Positions 12,690 to 25,362 are shown, counted from the first letter of the stretch. The stretch: DNA of 64,000 bases from Octopus sinensis (GCF_006345805.1 NC_043012.1:58466001-58530000); one strand, 5' to 3'. Translations and numbers: made by a program. The notes: generated by a model from the sequence alone, not told the origin.

Positions 12690-12966
12690 TTGTCCGTTTT
12701 TCCGTCCTTGTGTTTGTATACATTCGATGCTTTCTTCCAAGGAATCTAATGCTCTTACCTTAGATTTTCCTCGGGGCTGACCAGATTGGAGCAATCTCAA
12801 GATTAATCAGCCGAAATTGGGAGGATGATCCGGTTCTTGACTGAGGATAGAAGGCTTCGAATGACCCGTCCTTGTTTTTTTGTATCGTCTATCTGGATAT
12901 TTTGTTCTCCCTTTTTTGTATCACCTAGTTGTCCGGATGTTTTGCGTTCTTGTCCCATTTTGTATT
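12690..12966 (+). mobile_element. Short dispersed element (family B) carrying a permuted hammerhead-like RNA motif at 12721-12863
   Basis: Homologous to 28141-28376 (-). Its 3' end abuts (TA)n. See findings for the structure. Confidence 0.75.
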
Positions 12967-13091
12967 ATATATATATATGTATATATGTATGTTTGTGTGT
13001 ATGTGCGTATATATGTATGTGTATATATATGTATGTATGCGTTTATTTATGAATTTGTGTATACGTGTGTATTTTACAGTTCTATATTTAA

Positions 13092-13343
13092 GAGATGAAG
13101 AATTATGTACATTATTTACATTATTTATATTTGACGGATATTTGTCCTCATCTTGTTTGTTGTTAACACAACGTTTCAGCAGATATACCCTCCAGCCTTC
13201 ATCAGGTGCCTTGGGGAAATTTCGAACCTGGGTTCTCACTCCTATTATTATTATTGTTTTAAAAATAAAATATGGTCCGTTGTCTTCTGCTTAATCGGGG
13301 TCATCCCTTGGCCCTAGCGTCACAGTAGGTCCTCATATCATGG

Positions 13344-13429
<86 letters not shown>

Positions 13430-13510
13430 CTTATTATTATTATTCAGTTCACTGCTTGGAATCGAACTCGGAAACTTGATGTTAGTAGCCCGCGCTCTTA
13501 ACCACTACAC
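13092..13510 (-). mobile_element. tRNA-headed, hammerhead-tailed SINE-like element (family A)
   Basis: tRNA-like head at 13444-13510 (GTAGTGGTTAAGAGC, GAGTTCGATTCC), then (AAT)n, then HHR at 13165-13210: GGCAC-CTGATGA-A-GGCTG..CTGCT-GAAACGTT-GTGTT. Confidence 0.7.
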
Positions 13511-13630
13511 CCTGGTTCGAAATTTCCCCAAGACACCTGATGAAGCCTGGAGGGCATATCAGCCGAAACGTTGTGTTAACAACAAATAAGGTGAGGACAA
13601 ATATCCGTCAAATGTAAATAATGTAAATAA
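13511..13630 (+). mobile_element. Inverted partial copy of the family A hammerhead tail
   Basis: GACAC-CTGATGA-A-GCCTG..CAGCC-GAAACGTT-GTGTT at 13532-13577. Confidence 0.8.
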
Positions 13631-13632
13631 TG

Positions 13633-13666
<34 letters not shown>

Positions 13667-14788
13667 TGTATGTATGTATGTATGTATGTGTGTATGTGTG
13701 TACATATATGTCTGTTTAGGATTTTGGCGAATGCACAAGTCTTCATAAGTGATGGGAGAAAATGAGACGTTGTGATGTTCATGCCTTCAGCTTAAACATT
13801 AGTGAGAATTTGACTTGATATGACTCATGACAAGAACCGAAAGCGTATAGTGTATAGACCCACCTTAGTTAAGCCTTTTGCTTCCTATGCTGTGTGGTCG
13901 ATCGGTAACCTTTCTCCTTTGTTTTCAGCATTGGGCTGTATTTTCTGCTTTTCTTCTCCCTGATATTGAAGCTTTTGAATTATCAATGCTTATGTAACCC
14001 TCCTTTTGTTTCAAGATAGCGATGTTGGCCCTACATAAACCCATTTTTACCTCTCGGAAGTGGTGGTGCATATTAGTTTGGCCTCTATCCTTTGACCTGG
14101 CCGACAAGGCAAGCACTACCAGGAACTTGCACACCGCTGATATGCTGGTAGAGCCTTCAAGTAAGTGAGAGATAGAAGTCACCACATCACAGCAAGGGTT
14201 GGACACTAGGACAAAGTATAAACCGAAGTGCACAAAAGTTAGCGAAGTGAAAGTTGATTACATCAACCCCAGAAATTAATTGGAACTTTATTTTATCGAT
14301 CTTGAGATAACGAAGTGGGTAGTTTGACAGAGATGACATTTGAAGTCAGAAAGTAAAAGGATACATCAAATCTCTACCATCGGAACGCACAGCTATCTTT
14401 TTATCATACAAATTTCCCATTAAGCTATTAATTTCCGGGGAAAGAGAGCGATCATTATTTTCTAGGGTACAGTACTGTTGATTTAATAGATCCGATCTCA
14501 GAATATGATTTGTACTTAAAGATTCTATAGTGACAATAAGCAAAGACCGTCTCCTTTTATTCGTTCACTCTTTTATTGATTTCAAACATTCGAGTTTGGC
14601 CATATTAGCCTAGAACCAAAACACATCATTGTTTTATCAACTGGTGTAAATTAAAACATACGCAGACACACACACAGACATGTACCGTAACTGTATGCAA
14701 ATTATATACGTATGTGTGCGTGCGTGTGCATGTGTGTGTGTATACATAACTATATGTGTGTGCGTGCGTTTGCTTGCTATGTATGGAT

Positions 14789-14853
<65 letters not shown>

Positions 14854-15204
14854 GTATGTATCAATGTTTGAGATGTTTCGGCACATTTTCCATTCACAAG
14901 ATATTGGTCATCTCAAGACTAGAGCAGAAGACACTTTGTAAAAATAGTGCGAGAAACCCAGAAACCAAGTAGTTTCGCATAAGAGTTTTAATCAATTAGC
15001 CATACCTATTTTGACATTTGAACCCCAGGGATTGACAGCGATCGTGTCGAAACAAAACGTCTGCTTAACGTTTTCTGTTGTGAACAAAAACCTTCGTCTT
15101 TATGGAGTAATGTGTTCTCAGAAGAATTCTTTCGTTCCGTTTCCCTGCTTGACTCTCCATCACTGTAGGTCTTGAAAGAGGTAATATCTATTTAAATTTG
15201 GACA

Positions 15205-15740
15205 CCGAGTTGGTAGAATCGTTAGTACGCTGGACTTTAAAATACTTATCGGTATTTCGTCCATCTTTAAGTCATGAGTTCAAAACCAGCCGAGTTCCTT
15301 TTTGTCTTTCATTCTTTCGGGGTCGGTGAAATAAGTACCAGTTGATAGTGGGGTCGATGTAATCGACTTACCTCCCTCTACCAAACATTCTGGCCTTCTG
15401 CTAAATTTTGAAACCATTAAAATCCTTATTCTGTTAATTCAAATTCCACCGAGGTCAATTTTGTCTTTCATCCTTTCGGAGACAAGGAAATAAGTACCAG
15501 TCGAATACTGAGGTTGATGTAATCAATCTACCCTCTCTTCTGAGTTTCTGGCCTTGTACTAAATTTTGAAACCATTAAAACCTATATTCTGTTAATACAA
15601 ATTTCACCGAAGTCGATTTTGCCTTTCAGCCTTTCGGTGACAAAGAAATAAGTACCAGTGGAATACTGGTGTTGATGTAATCGACTTACCCCTTCTCTCT
15701 CGAAATTGCTGGTCTTTTGTTTAAATTTGAAACCAATATT
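15205..15740 (+). mobile_element. SINE family 2 variant with about three tandem copies of a ~160-bp body
   Basis: GAAACCA unit ends near 15416, 15573 and 15735. Each unit has the TTTCATCCTTTCGG...AAATAAGTACCAG core. Confidence 0.75.
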
Positions 15741-16212
15741 TACTCAAATTTCAAATAGGATAAACAAAAATTGTAGATGACGAACAGAACTAGAGAACAA
15801 AAACACGAAATAATTCAAGAAAACTATTTTCGTGTTAATTCAAACTACATGGGAAGGGATTAAAGTAAACAAATAAAATAACAATGAATTTATATGATAA
15901 TCCTATACAAGAACTCTTAACACCCAATGTGGGTGGAAAGCAAAAAAAATATAAAGAGACAGAAATAGAAAAATCTCCAGAATTGAATCGTTTCGTACAG
16001 GAGGCCTTACTACTAAAAATTACTTAAATGAAAATATATTCCTGTCGTTTAACCCTTTTGATACCAACCTGCCCGAAACCGCTCTGGTTTTATGATACAA
16101 AAGTCCCAGTTTTAAAGTAATCTATATTAAAACCAGTGAACCAAATTTTATGTTAATTTACGTGCCAAACATCAGTTTTATAATGACTCAGCTGTTTTAC
16201 TAAATTCTTCTG

Positions 16213-16601
16213 GTGAGGCGCAATGGCCCAGTGGTTAGGGCAGCGGACTCGCGGTCATAGGATCGCGGTTTCGATTCCCAGACCGGGCGTTGTGAGTGTT
16301 TATTGAGCGAAAACACCTAAAATCTCCACGAGGCTCCGGCAGGGGATGGTGGTGATCCCTGCTGTACTCTTTCACCACAACTTTCTCTCACTCTTACTTC
16401 CTGTTTCTGTTGTACCTGTATTTCAAAGGGCCGGCCTTGTCACTCTCCGTGTCACGCTGAATATCCCCGAGAACTACGTTAAGGGTACACGTGTCTGTGG
16501 AGTGCTCAGCCACTTACACGTTAATTTCACGAGCAGGCTGTTCCGTTGATTCGGATCAACCGGAACCCTCGTCGTCGAAACCGACGGAGTGCTTCCATCC
16601 A
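16213..16601 (+). mobile_element. tRNA-derived SINE family 3 (head X, tail P)
   Basis: A-box TGGCCCAGTGG, B-box GTTTCGATTCC. Imperfect TSD ctaaattcttc / ctagattcttc. Confidence 0.85.
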
Positions 16602-16644
16602 CTAGATTCTTCGTTATTTCCAAAATAAATTGAATTATAGTTAG

Positions 16645-16965
16645 CATGGCACTCCTTCCGTAACGCCAACGAGGGTTCCGGTTGATGTGTTCAACGCAAC
16701 AGCTTGCTCATAAAATTAGCGTGCATATGGGTAGGCACTCCACAGACACATGTACTCGTAACATAATTCTCTGTGAGATTCATCGTGACACAGTGTGACA
16801 AGACTGGCCCTTTGAAATCCAGGTACTACTCCATTTTGCCAGCTGAGTGACGTGGACCAAGGGGAAACAAAGTGTCATGCTCAAGGACACAACACGTCGA
16901 CGGGAATTGAACTCACGACCTTGCGATCAAGAGCCGAATGTCCTAACCACTAAACCACGCACCTT
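16645..16965 (-). mobile_element. tRNA-derived SINE (head Y, tail P)
   Basis: Head TGGTTTAGTGGTTAGG...GAGTTCAATTCC...TTGTGTCCTTGAGCA. Tail is the reverse complement of 16410-16595. Confidence 0.8.
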
Positions 16966-17351
16966 CTCAAAGTTAGTATATCTCAACGGAAATATGGTAA
17001 CGAAAAGGATTAAGATGGTTGTTTCAAAAGCAGATCATTCTAGGTTCGACCTTTTTGCTCTCTGCACAGGATATTGAGGTAGTGTAATTCTCATGCAAAC
17101 GTGTGGATAACAATACCTTATGAATAAAGTTTAGTAAACCAGAAGTGCGTTGAAATCTGTCGTCTATAGAGACATAAGGTCAAAATAAGAATATTCAGAT
17201 TACAAGAGTATGTAAGTTGATATTTCACACTAATCATTCGTTGCAGTGTATTGCTAAAAGTCCGTTGTTGTGTCGGGGAAATCATAAAGAAACTATTATT
17301 GATAATTTCTTTATTTTTATCGTTCTATTTTTTTTCAGCTTCGTTACAAAA

Positions 17352-17863
17352 AAAAGAGACAATGTTCACAACAGATTAACGAAAAATTTCCGTTTCCGAA
17401 TCATTTTCCTCAAGATGTTTAAAGTAGTCAGTTGACTGTATATACAAACACACATTATCTCAAGTTCATACGGCTAGATGCAAATTGTATTAGAGTGGCG
17501 TTTGAGGTTATATTAAAGTATTGTATCAACGAAATTGAACAAATTTGAAAACCAAAACAATGCGGTTTTAATAAAACAGCAAAAAAAAGAACCTCTTTGT
17601 GGTCGAAAATTTAAAAGATTAAACGATAAAACTGCGTTTTATTAAAACCGTACTGCTTTGGCATTCAAATTTGTTAAAATTCGCTGACACAATACTTCAA
17701 TATAATCTCAAACAACAATTTAATACTATCTTCAGCTAGCCGGATGAATGCGAAATGGTGAGTATTTGGGGATACAGTCGAGTAACTGGTTTTAGCTTGT
17801 CTAAGGAAAATGATTCGAAAACGGAAATTTGTCGTTAATCTGTGGTTAAAAGCCATCTTTCTT
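17352..17863. mobile_element. Fold-back/MITE-like palindrome with arms of about 230 bp
   Basis: acagattaacgaaaaatttccgttt...gcggttttaataaaac is mirrored by gttttattaaaaccgt...aaacggaaatttgtcgttaatctgt, centred near 17607. Confidence 0.8.
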
Positions 17864-18260
17864 TATGATGGAGCCAAGATGTCTGTAAGGGTGTCATTGT
17901 GATTCATCAATAGAACGACATAATGCTAACCGAACGTCGCATTAACAGATTGGAAGCTGTATCTACGTACTGTTGTCATTCGAACAATTTCATTGCTGAC
18001 TTCCACCAAAACAAAACCTATTGATTCTATATGTCATATGTGCGTATGCATGCTTTGTCTATGTGGTTGTGTTTGTCCCCCCACTGCTGATGGACAACCG
18101 GCGTTGGTATGCTTACGTCCCCATAACTTAGCGGAAAGAATATTTACCAGGCTGAAAAAGAAAATAAGTTCTGTGGTCGATTCACTCGACTAAGAATCCT
18201 CCAAGACGGTACTCCAGCAGGGCCGCAGTCTAATGACTGAAACAAGTAAACAATTAAAAG

Positions 18261-18297
<37 letters not shown>

Positions 18298-18650
18298 CGC
18301 ACAATGCTAGAATAGTTGAGAAGATCGCTTTGCATTCATGAGTCCCGAAGTCCGACTGCCCCTCGAGGGTTCTTCAAAAAATGACATTTTCTATAATCTC
18401 AGGGCGTCTGGTACTTTTTGAGCCAAATTGGATTGACGGAAATTGGATTAAATCCAGTCATGTGGCTGGCATCCGTAATTCGAATTCTACAGCCATGTGA
18501 CATACTGTGTATGGACGATTTGTCCTTAATAATCTTAGTTGGTGAAATGAGTCTAGACAAGAGAAAACTGATTGACTGAACACTGATGTAACAAGTAGGA
18601 GAAAGAAATATATGTTAGTTAAAGTCCGCGTTGGAAGAATTATACATATA

Positions 18651-19800
18651 CAGGGTACGGGAAGTATTTGAAAACATACTTGGTAATTAAATAAAACAAC
18701 TCGGATCCAGCAAGAGGCAAATATATTATAATAAATATTTGTGCGGATGTTCCCGATAAACTTATTTATTAGATCCATTCTATGAATCAGACTTCAGCAT
18801 CCATGACTACTTCAATCCTGGATCGGAATCATTGACATATCACTACTGAACGTTCCTCGTTTATTTCGGATTTCGCCTGGACATTGAAAACCATTAAATG
18901 CAGCTATAGTATTATAATAATGTCAATTAGTTTCCCTTTTAACAAAGCTCCCAAACGTGGGATTTAAATCTGATGAATTCAGACATTTGGTTTTATATGA
19001 CATTAAAGTTTTCTCATAAGCATTGTTTAGTCACGTGTTTGATGGTACCGAGTCCTGTTTAAACATGTATGACCTTCCGCTGCTCACTTCATTCATACAA
19101 GGTTTAACGACGGCCTTCAGCACTTGATTGTATGCAGAAGCAATAATTCTAAGGTCCTCTAAAACGATGTAAGTTGGTCTCACGTTACTTACCACTTCCA
19201 AACATTACAGTTGCGGAAACCTTTGTGGACATCACTCTAGGAACATCAGTATGATCAGTATACATCCATCTCCCACTTCCGTTAGACGTTTGATCTTTAA
19301 AGATTTTGCCAAAAGAAATATGGCATGCCATATTTCTAAGGGTTTTTTAAATCTTATTATGTGACCGATAGTCAAGGGTCAAAGGTATTTTCCAGTCTTT
19401 ACAAGCATGAATTGCCTCTCCCCAACACATACAAGCTACATCGAATGTCCTCGGGTACCACAGTTCTGATAGTCTACGGCGACACCTGAAAGTTGTTGGC
19501 GATGGCACTCATAAATATTCCAGTATCATCATCGATAATGTATTGAACACGTTCAATGAACTGCGCTCTCCTTCTAGTGTTCAAACATTTATAATGTTTT
19601 TGCTTATAATATTTTTCTCTTTGATGTAGTTGAAACATTCCCGCTAGCATCATCCGCTTCTATCTGAAATTCGTGTGCAAACGGTCTTGTAACATTTTGA
19701 AAGTGGGCAATTTTTTTTATCGAAATATTTCGCACATGTGGCAACAACAACTGCAGGGCCATCCATTTGTTGACTTAGAATTTTATCCACCACGAAGAAT
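18651..19800 (-). mobile_element. Degenerate Tc1/mariner-superfamily transposon, maT (DD37D)-like
   Basis: Minus-strand peptides VVPEDIRCS, DVPRVMSTKVSATVMF, VLKAVVKP, GRSYMFKQDSVPS and SSDLNP. TA-CAGGGT terminus at 18649-18656. Confidence 0.75.
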
Positions 19801-19804
19801 ATGG

Positions 19805-20149
19805 AAATATAATAATAATGGTATTTTTATATAAGTTTAAAAATTTTGGCGATTCCCGTGCAGTGACTAAGGAAAATAGTCTAATAAAGGGGCATATAAG
19901 CCCTCGACAGAAAGAAAAGAAGACTTTCCTATCTGCGTGGGAGTCGAACCCACATCCCGTTGTTAATGTGACTAAGTGAGTTACTTTTACGCCAGCCAAT
20001 CAACCTCACTTGCACTGTCAAATTCAAGAACTATAATAGATGATTCGCTGGTGTAAAGGTAACACAGTCACGTTAACAAAGGGATGTGGTCGTTGTACGG
20101 TGATCGCCATAAGGTTTAAGCTTCTATAAAAACACCATTATTACTATTT
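19805..20149. mobile_element. Inverted-duplicated element with back-to-back tRNA-like heads
   Basis: 19805-19861 mirrors 20095-20149, and 19950-20001 mirrors 20042-20090. B-box GGGTTCGACTCCC lies on the minus strand at about 19939-19951. Confidence 0.7.
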
Positions 20150-20476
20150 ACAGGATTGTAAAAAAAGGCACCGTATATAACAAAAAAAAAACACATTCGC
20201 ACGGAAAATATAATAGTCTTAGTTGGTCTGAAGAGAGTAAAATACAGAAAATTAAGTGTCCCCATATGCATTACTAATATATATTCCAATATGCTACAAT
20301 ATTTTACTTAAGGAATTGATATAGTCTGGAGATTAGGTAATATATAAGATGTTTGACGAAGTGAGATGCCCCCGCCACCATCACCACCAGTATTGCTTAA
20401 ACCACAGACCTTCTTACAAGAAAAGCATCTGGAGTTCTCTGTACAGTATGAAGGTTACAATCTGAAAGATTTGATT

Positions 20477-20519
<43 letters not shown>

Positions 20520-20845
20520 AACAAATGTGCATACGAACTTACATGGAGAAATATGTCTATTTGTCTATTTATCTGCACACTCATACACAAGCGTTCACAG
20601 GAAAGTATTAAAGCAGTCTTAATCATTCAGCAATGTTGAACGATTAACAACACGCTCGTACGTACTCAGTCATATTATTTATGTTATCGAAACTACATGT
20701 GTATGAAAGGAAAATAAAATCATGAACACATAGAGATATATGTCAAAATATGTAAAACATTCATGAAATAAGATCGACATATACAATAACATCCAGACCT
20801 GCACCCCTGTGTATATTTGCACATGTCTATGTACAGGCCTACATC

Positions 20846-20877
<32 letters not shown>

Positions 20878-21894
20878 CATGCATACATGCATAGATACAT
20901 GTATTCATACATACATGCATACAGACATACTTACATATACACATGCACCCATACGTATGAGCATGTGCTCACATATAGACACACATTCCTTTTCTCTAAA
21001 GACAAGAGCAGTAAGCGCACAGACGCATAAGTACAACATGCACGCACACACAATCACACACCTAGAGAGAGGAGAGAGAGAGAGAGAGAGAGAGGGGGAG
21101 ATACATACAAATATGCATACGTATACTCTTTCACTGCATCACCCCTTTTATTCATTGATACGAAAGAGAAAAATTCCGTTTACTTAATAATAAGATCCAC
21201 TACAAATTTAGTATGTTGTCCTTCAATAAGTTACAAAAAGCACACATTTCTTTGAACTTCTAACCTCACCGTGTGGGAAAATTGGAAACATAGAAACGCT
21301 TAGGTTTCGCTGCAATGGTGCTGGTAACCCGTCTGTATATATATGTTCGAAGGAGAATGTCACGAAGCTGAGCCTATAAAACTATTACAAAACATTTTTG
21401 TGGTCGACCGACCTGCTAGAAGAAGTAGCCAACCTTAAACAAATCCAATTGTAAAAATAAAACAGTAATATGTTATAGCATGTTGACGCAGATATACAAA
21501 AAGACGGATGACTAAAAAATTTATTTTAGGTCTTCACATTTAGGGCTCGTTTTAAGCTAAACAACTGTAAACACTTCGAGCCAACAAAATACATCAGTAA
21601 TTTTCAATCTTTCCTGTCTTTCACGCCTACGCTCATTTATCTTCTTTCATCCAACCAAAAGCATTCGTATAATAATCACCATATATGAACAATAAAATCG
21701 TTGCGAAAACGTTATCTTTACAGTAGCATGTTAGCACTATTGTTTTCTATGCATGTATGAGAGTGTGTATTAATGTGTGCGTTTGTGTGAGCCTGTGTGC
21801 GTATGAGTGTATGCGTGTATATAAGCATGTATGTATGTGTGTGTGTGTGTGTGTGTGACCGTGTGTGTGTGTGTGTGTGTGTGTGAGTGTGACC

Positions 21895-21925
<31 letters not shown>

Positions 21926-22764
21926 GATTTTTAACTAAGAATAACATATAGATAAATATAAGCCATCTTTAATAAACATTCATCAGTTGTGACGTTATCT
22001 GGAGACGCGGATTTGAGGAAATAAAATAATTGCTCACAATATGACACACAACAATGTATTTCTATGTTAAGTAAATGCAGTAATTTATATCCGTCGTGGC
22101 TTTTTTTAACGAACTATTACTGTTAAAAGCTCAACTTTTAATCGAGAACTATCTTGTTTTAACTTAGGTTACTTTTGGATTAAAGAAGTGTCGTTCGCAG
22201 CTGTACAGTACAAGCAACTACTAAATGCTTGGTTTTAGTAATTCAAAACTCTTTCTCCACCGCGTTCTATTACTATTGGTTTGTAAATCCAGTTCAATGC
22301 CCCGAATAACTTTCGAAAGTCGCTTTCATTTACTACCATATGTGTTTCGCAGTTTGGTACGATTTGATTTAGGATTGGGGAAATGAATTAGCAGAACGGC
22401 GCACTTCGATTTTGCTATTATGAATTCCCCTTCGTCTTAATAAAGATAATAACTATTTATGCTTTACGTATAAAGGCAACGATTTCAAGGCAGGGCATCA
22501 GTCCATAACATCGAACCAGGTAACTTGAGTGGTACTTTACTGTAATGACTCAGGAAGAAAAAAAAAAGACAAAACTGACTTCCTCGGTGGAATTTGAAAC
22601 CTGCAATTAAGGAACTGGAAAAAAAAAAAAAAACATAACAACTTTCCCGTTGCTTTAACAATTCTGCCAGCACGCCGTCCACTTAAGCCGACTACAAATG
22701 CTTAGGCAGGAGGATTTGAAATTGGAGGTAGGGTATTGTCAATTTTATAATATTTTATCAACCT

Positions 22765-23632
22765 AAAGGTGGCAAGATGGCAGAAACGTTAGGACGACGG
22801 GCGAAATGCTTAGCGGTATTAGTGGGTAGTAAAGGAATAGGTATTTTGTCTGTTTTTACGTTCTGGGTTTAAATTCCGCCGAAGTCCACTTTGCCTTCCC
22901 TCCTTTAGGAGTCGATAAATTAAGTACCAGATACGCAATGGGTCGATGTAATCGACTTAATAACTTTGCCTGTCCTTGTTTGTCCTCTCTATGTTTAGCC
23001 CCTGGTGGACAATAAAGAAATAAGACAGGTAGGCACGCCGGGCAAATACTTAGCAGTATTTTGTCTGTCTTTATGTTCTGTGTTAAAATTCCGCCGAGTT
23101 CGACTTTGCCTTTCATCCTTTCGGGGTTGATAAATTAAGTACCCGTTGCGTACTTTGGTCGAGCTAATCAAAATTTCGGGCCTTGTGCTTAGAGTTCAAA
23201 AGCTTTTATAATATTTTATCAGCCTATAGGCAGTGATATGGCAGAAAGGTTAGCACGCCGGGCGAAATGCCTAGTGGTATTTCGTCTGCCGCTACGTTCT
23301 GAGTTCAAATTCCGCCGAGGTCGACTTTGCCTTTCATCCTTTCGGGGTCGATTAATTAAGTACCAGTTACGCACTAGGGTCAATATAATCGACTTAGTCC
23401 CTTTGTCTGTTCTTGTTTGTCCCCTCTGTGTTTAGCCCCTTGTGGGTAGTAAAGAAATAGGCATTTCGTCTTTCATTACATTTTGAGTTTAAATTTGGCA
23501 GAGCTCGACTTTGCCTTTCATCCTTTGGAGGTCGATAAAGTACCAGCTGAGTACCAGTTGCGTACTGGAGTCGAGCGAACCGACTGGCCCCTTCCCCAAA
23601 AGTTTGGGCGTTGTACCTAGAATAGAAAAGAA
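22765..23632 (+). mobile_element. Two tandem SINE family 2 copies
   Basis: Heads at about 22765 and 23228. The flank aatattttatca(a/g)cct recurs near 22750, 23211 and 23631. Confidence 0.85.
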
Positions 23633-24039
23633 TATCTTATCAACCTAGAAAAGAAGCAAATCGAAAACGAACCCTTTGCGAATAAACTACCATGGGACAT
23701 CATCCTAATTCTGCTGCAATAAAACGTAAAGAAGATTCTACAATCAAACTGTATTTGCTACATTTAGGGTAGCTCCTATGTGGCAATGCTTAGCTCTGTC
23801 GAATAATATTGGTTAGAGTTACAATACCTACTCTCTCTCTAGTTTATACGGCACTATAGAATATATCTATAGATTATAGCCAGCAACCTGAGAGACACAG
23901 ATCTAAATATAATACATTACATTTAAATAGAAAATATTAGAATTTATCTCGTTAGAATTATAATTTTCATGTATAAACTACACTGATGTTTCTTCTTTAT
24001 TTTGGAGGAAGACTCCACTGGTCCTCATATGACGAAACA

Positions 24040-24308
24040 ATAAGTTAGATGGACGTAAAGAAACCAACACCACTTGTCAAGTGCTGCTGGGGGGGGGGCT
24101 TACAGAGACACAAAGAAAAACACACATATACCTACACTCACTCACCAATACGCACGCACACATATTTATGCCAAGGTCCTTTCAGTTTCCGTCTACCATA
24201 TCCACTCTCAAGGCTTTTGGTCAGCTCATAGTGCCAAGCAGCAGAACTTAACCTGGAACCATGTAGTTGGCAAGAAAATTGCTTACCACACAGCTACACC
24301 TGCGCCTA
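24040..24308 (-). mobile_element. SINE family 1, degenerate
   Basis: ttcagtttccgtctacc...gaaccatgtagttgg...cttaccacacagc. Confidence 0.65.
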
Positions 24309-24440
24309 TATTAAAACGCTGCAGGCAGGATACATAGATACGTACATTCATATATTATATATACTTACAAGTATATATACATACATAAATATATATTATT
24401 ATTATTACATGTACACACACACACACACACACACAGACAC

Positions 24441-24502
<62 letters not shown>

Positions 24503-24503
24503 G

Positions 24504-24566
<63 letters not shown>

Positions 24567-24586
24567 GTATATATATTATATATATA

Positions 24587-24643
<57 letters not shown>

Positions 24644-24934
24644 AATATATATATACCTCTGAGTGGGTATGTGTGTTTGCGTATTTACACATATGCTGCT
24701 TTTTGTCAGCTCATCCATCACTTTCACCGTGGCATTTCAACTGCCCGTGAAGACTGGAACATGTGAATCTACGTCCCGAATAGATTTTGCGGTGTTTTGC
24801 GGTCTAGGTTTTGTATTGTTATGGATCAAGAAGCACCAACATTTCATGCAGCTTCTATAACTCCATTTTATCATATTTCTTCGTGATGGAATACTGGATT
24901 AAATTCTTCTTAAACGTGTTGATGCTGCTGCTGC

Positions 24935-24968
<34 letters not shown>

Positions 24969-25362
24969 GATGTCTAACCCTCAGTTCATACTTGATTCAG
25001 TCGAGCCGATTTTTGATGGAAAGTCTGCCAGACATGATATTTCCGGAAAGAGTCGTGTTCAGTGTACAATTTCTTTTTTTTTAAAATCCTTTGTTTTAGA
25101 TATGAAGGAATTTCCATTAGGTAGAGAGGTCGCTTATGGCGCAAACCCGTTGACTCGAGATCTCCACAATATCTGATTCCAAGGGAGATAACACTTCGGA
25201 TTTTGTAGGCACTTAAATTACGACCAAGTATTTTGTTCTTGATTCTGTCATCCGATTCTGTCATCTACCTTTCTTTAACTGTTTGTCCTTCTCTTCTCCC
25301 TCTCACTCCTATAACTCTACTACTACTACTACAATAACAACAATAGCAGCAGCAACAGCAAT

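Larger units (their letters stand above)
16049..17013 (+). mobile_element. piggyBac-type (TTAA) MITE hosting two SINEs
   Basis: TTAA-CCCTTTTGATACC ... GGTAACGAAAAGGA-TTAA. Body homologous to 10572-11700. Confidence 0.7.

Noticed and set aside
12721-12863. Group I intron or HDV-like ribozyme reading of the family B motif
   Set aside because: No group I P7/S element. CGAATG is used in the closing stem rather than as HDV J4/2. The hammerhead core explains the conserved bases better.
13444-13510. tRNA gene
   Set aside because: A and B boxes are present but acceptor and anticodon stems do not close. It is a retroposon head. The same holds for the heads at 16213, 41876, 43047 and 60982.
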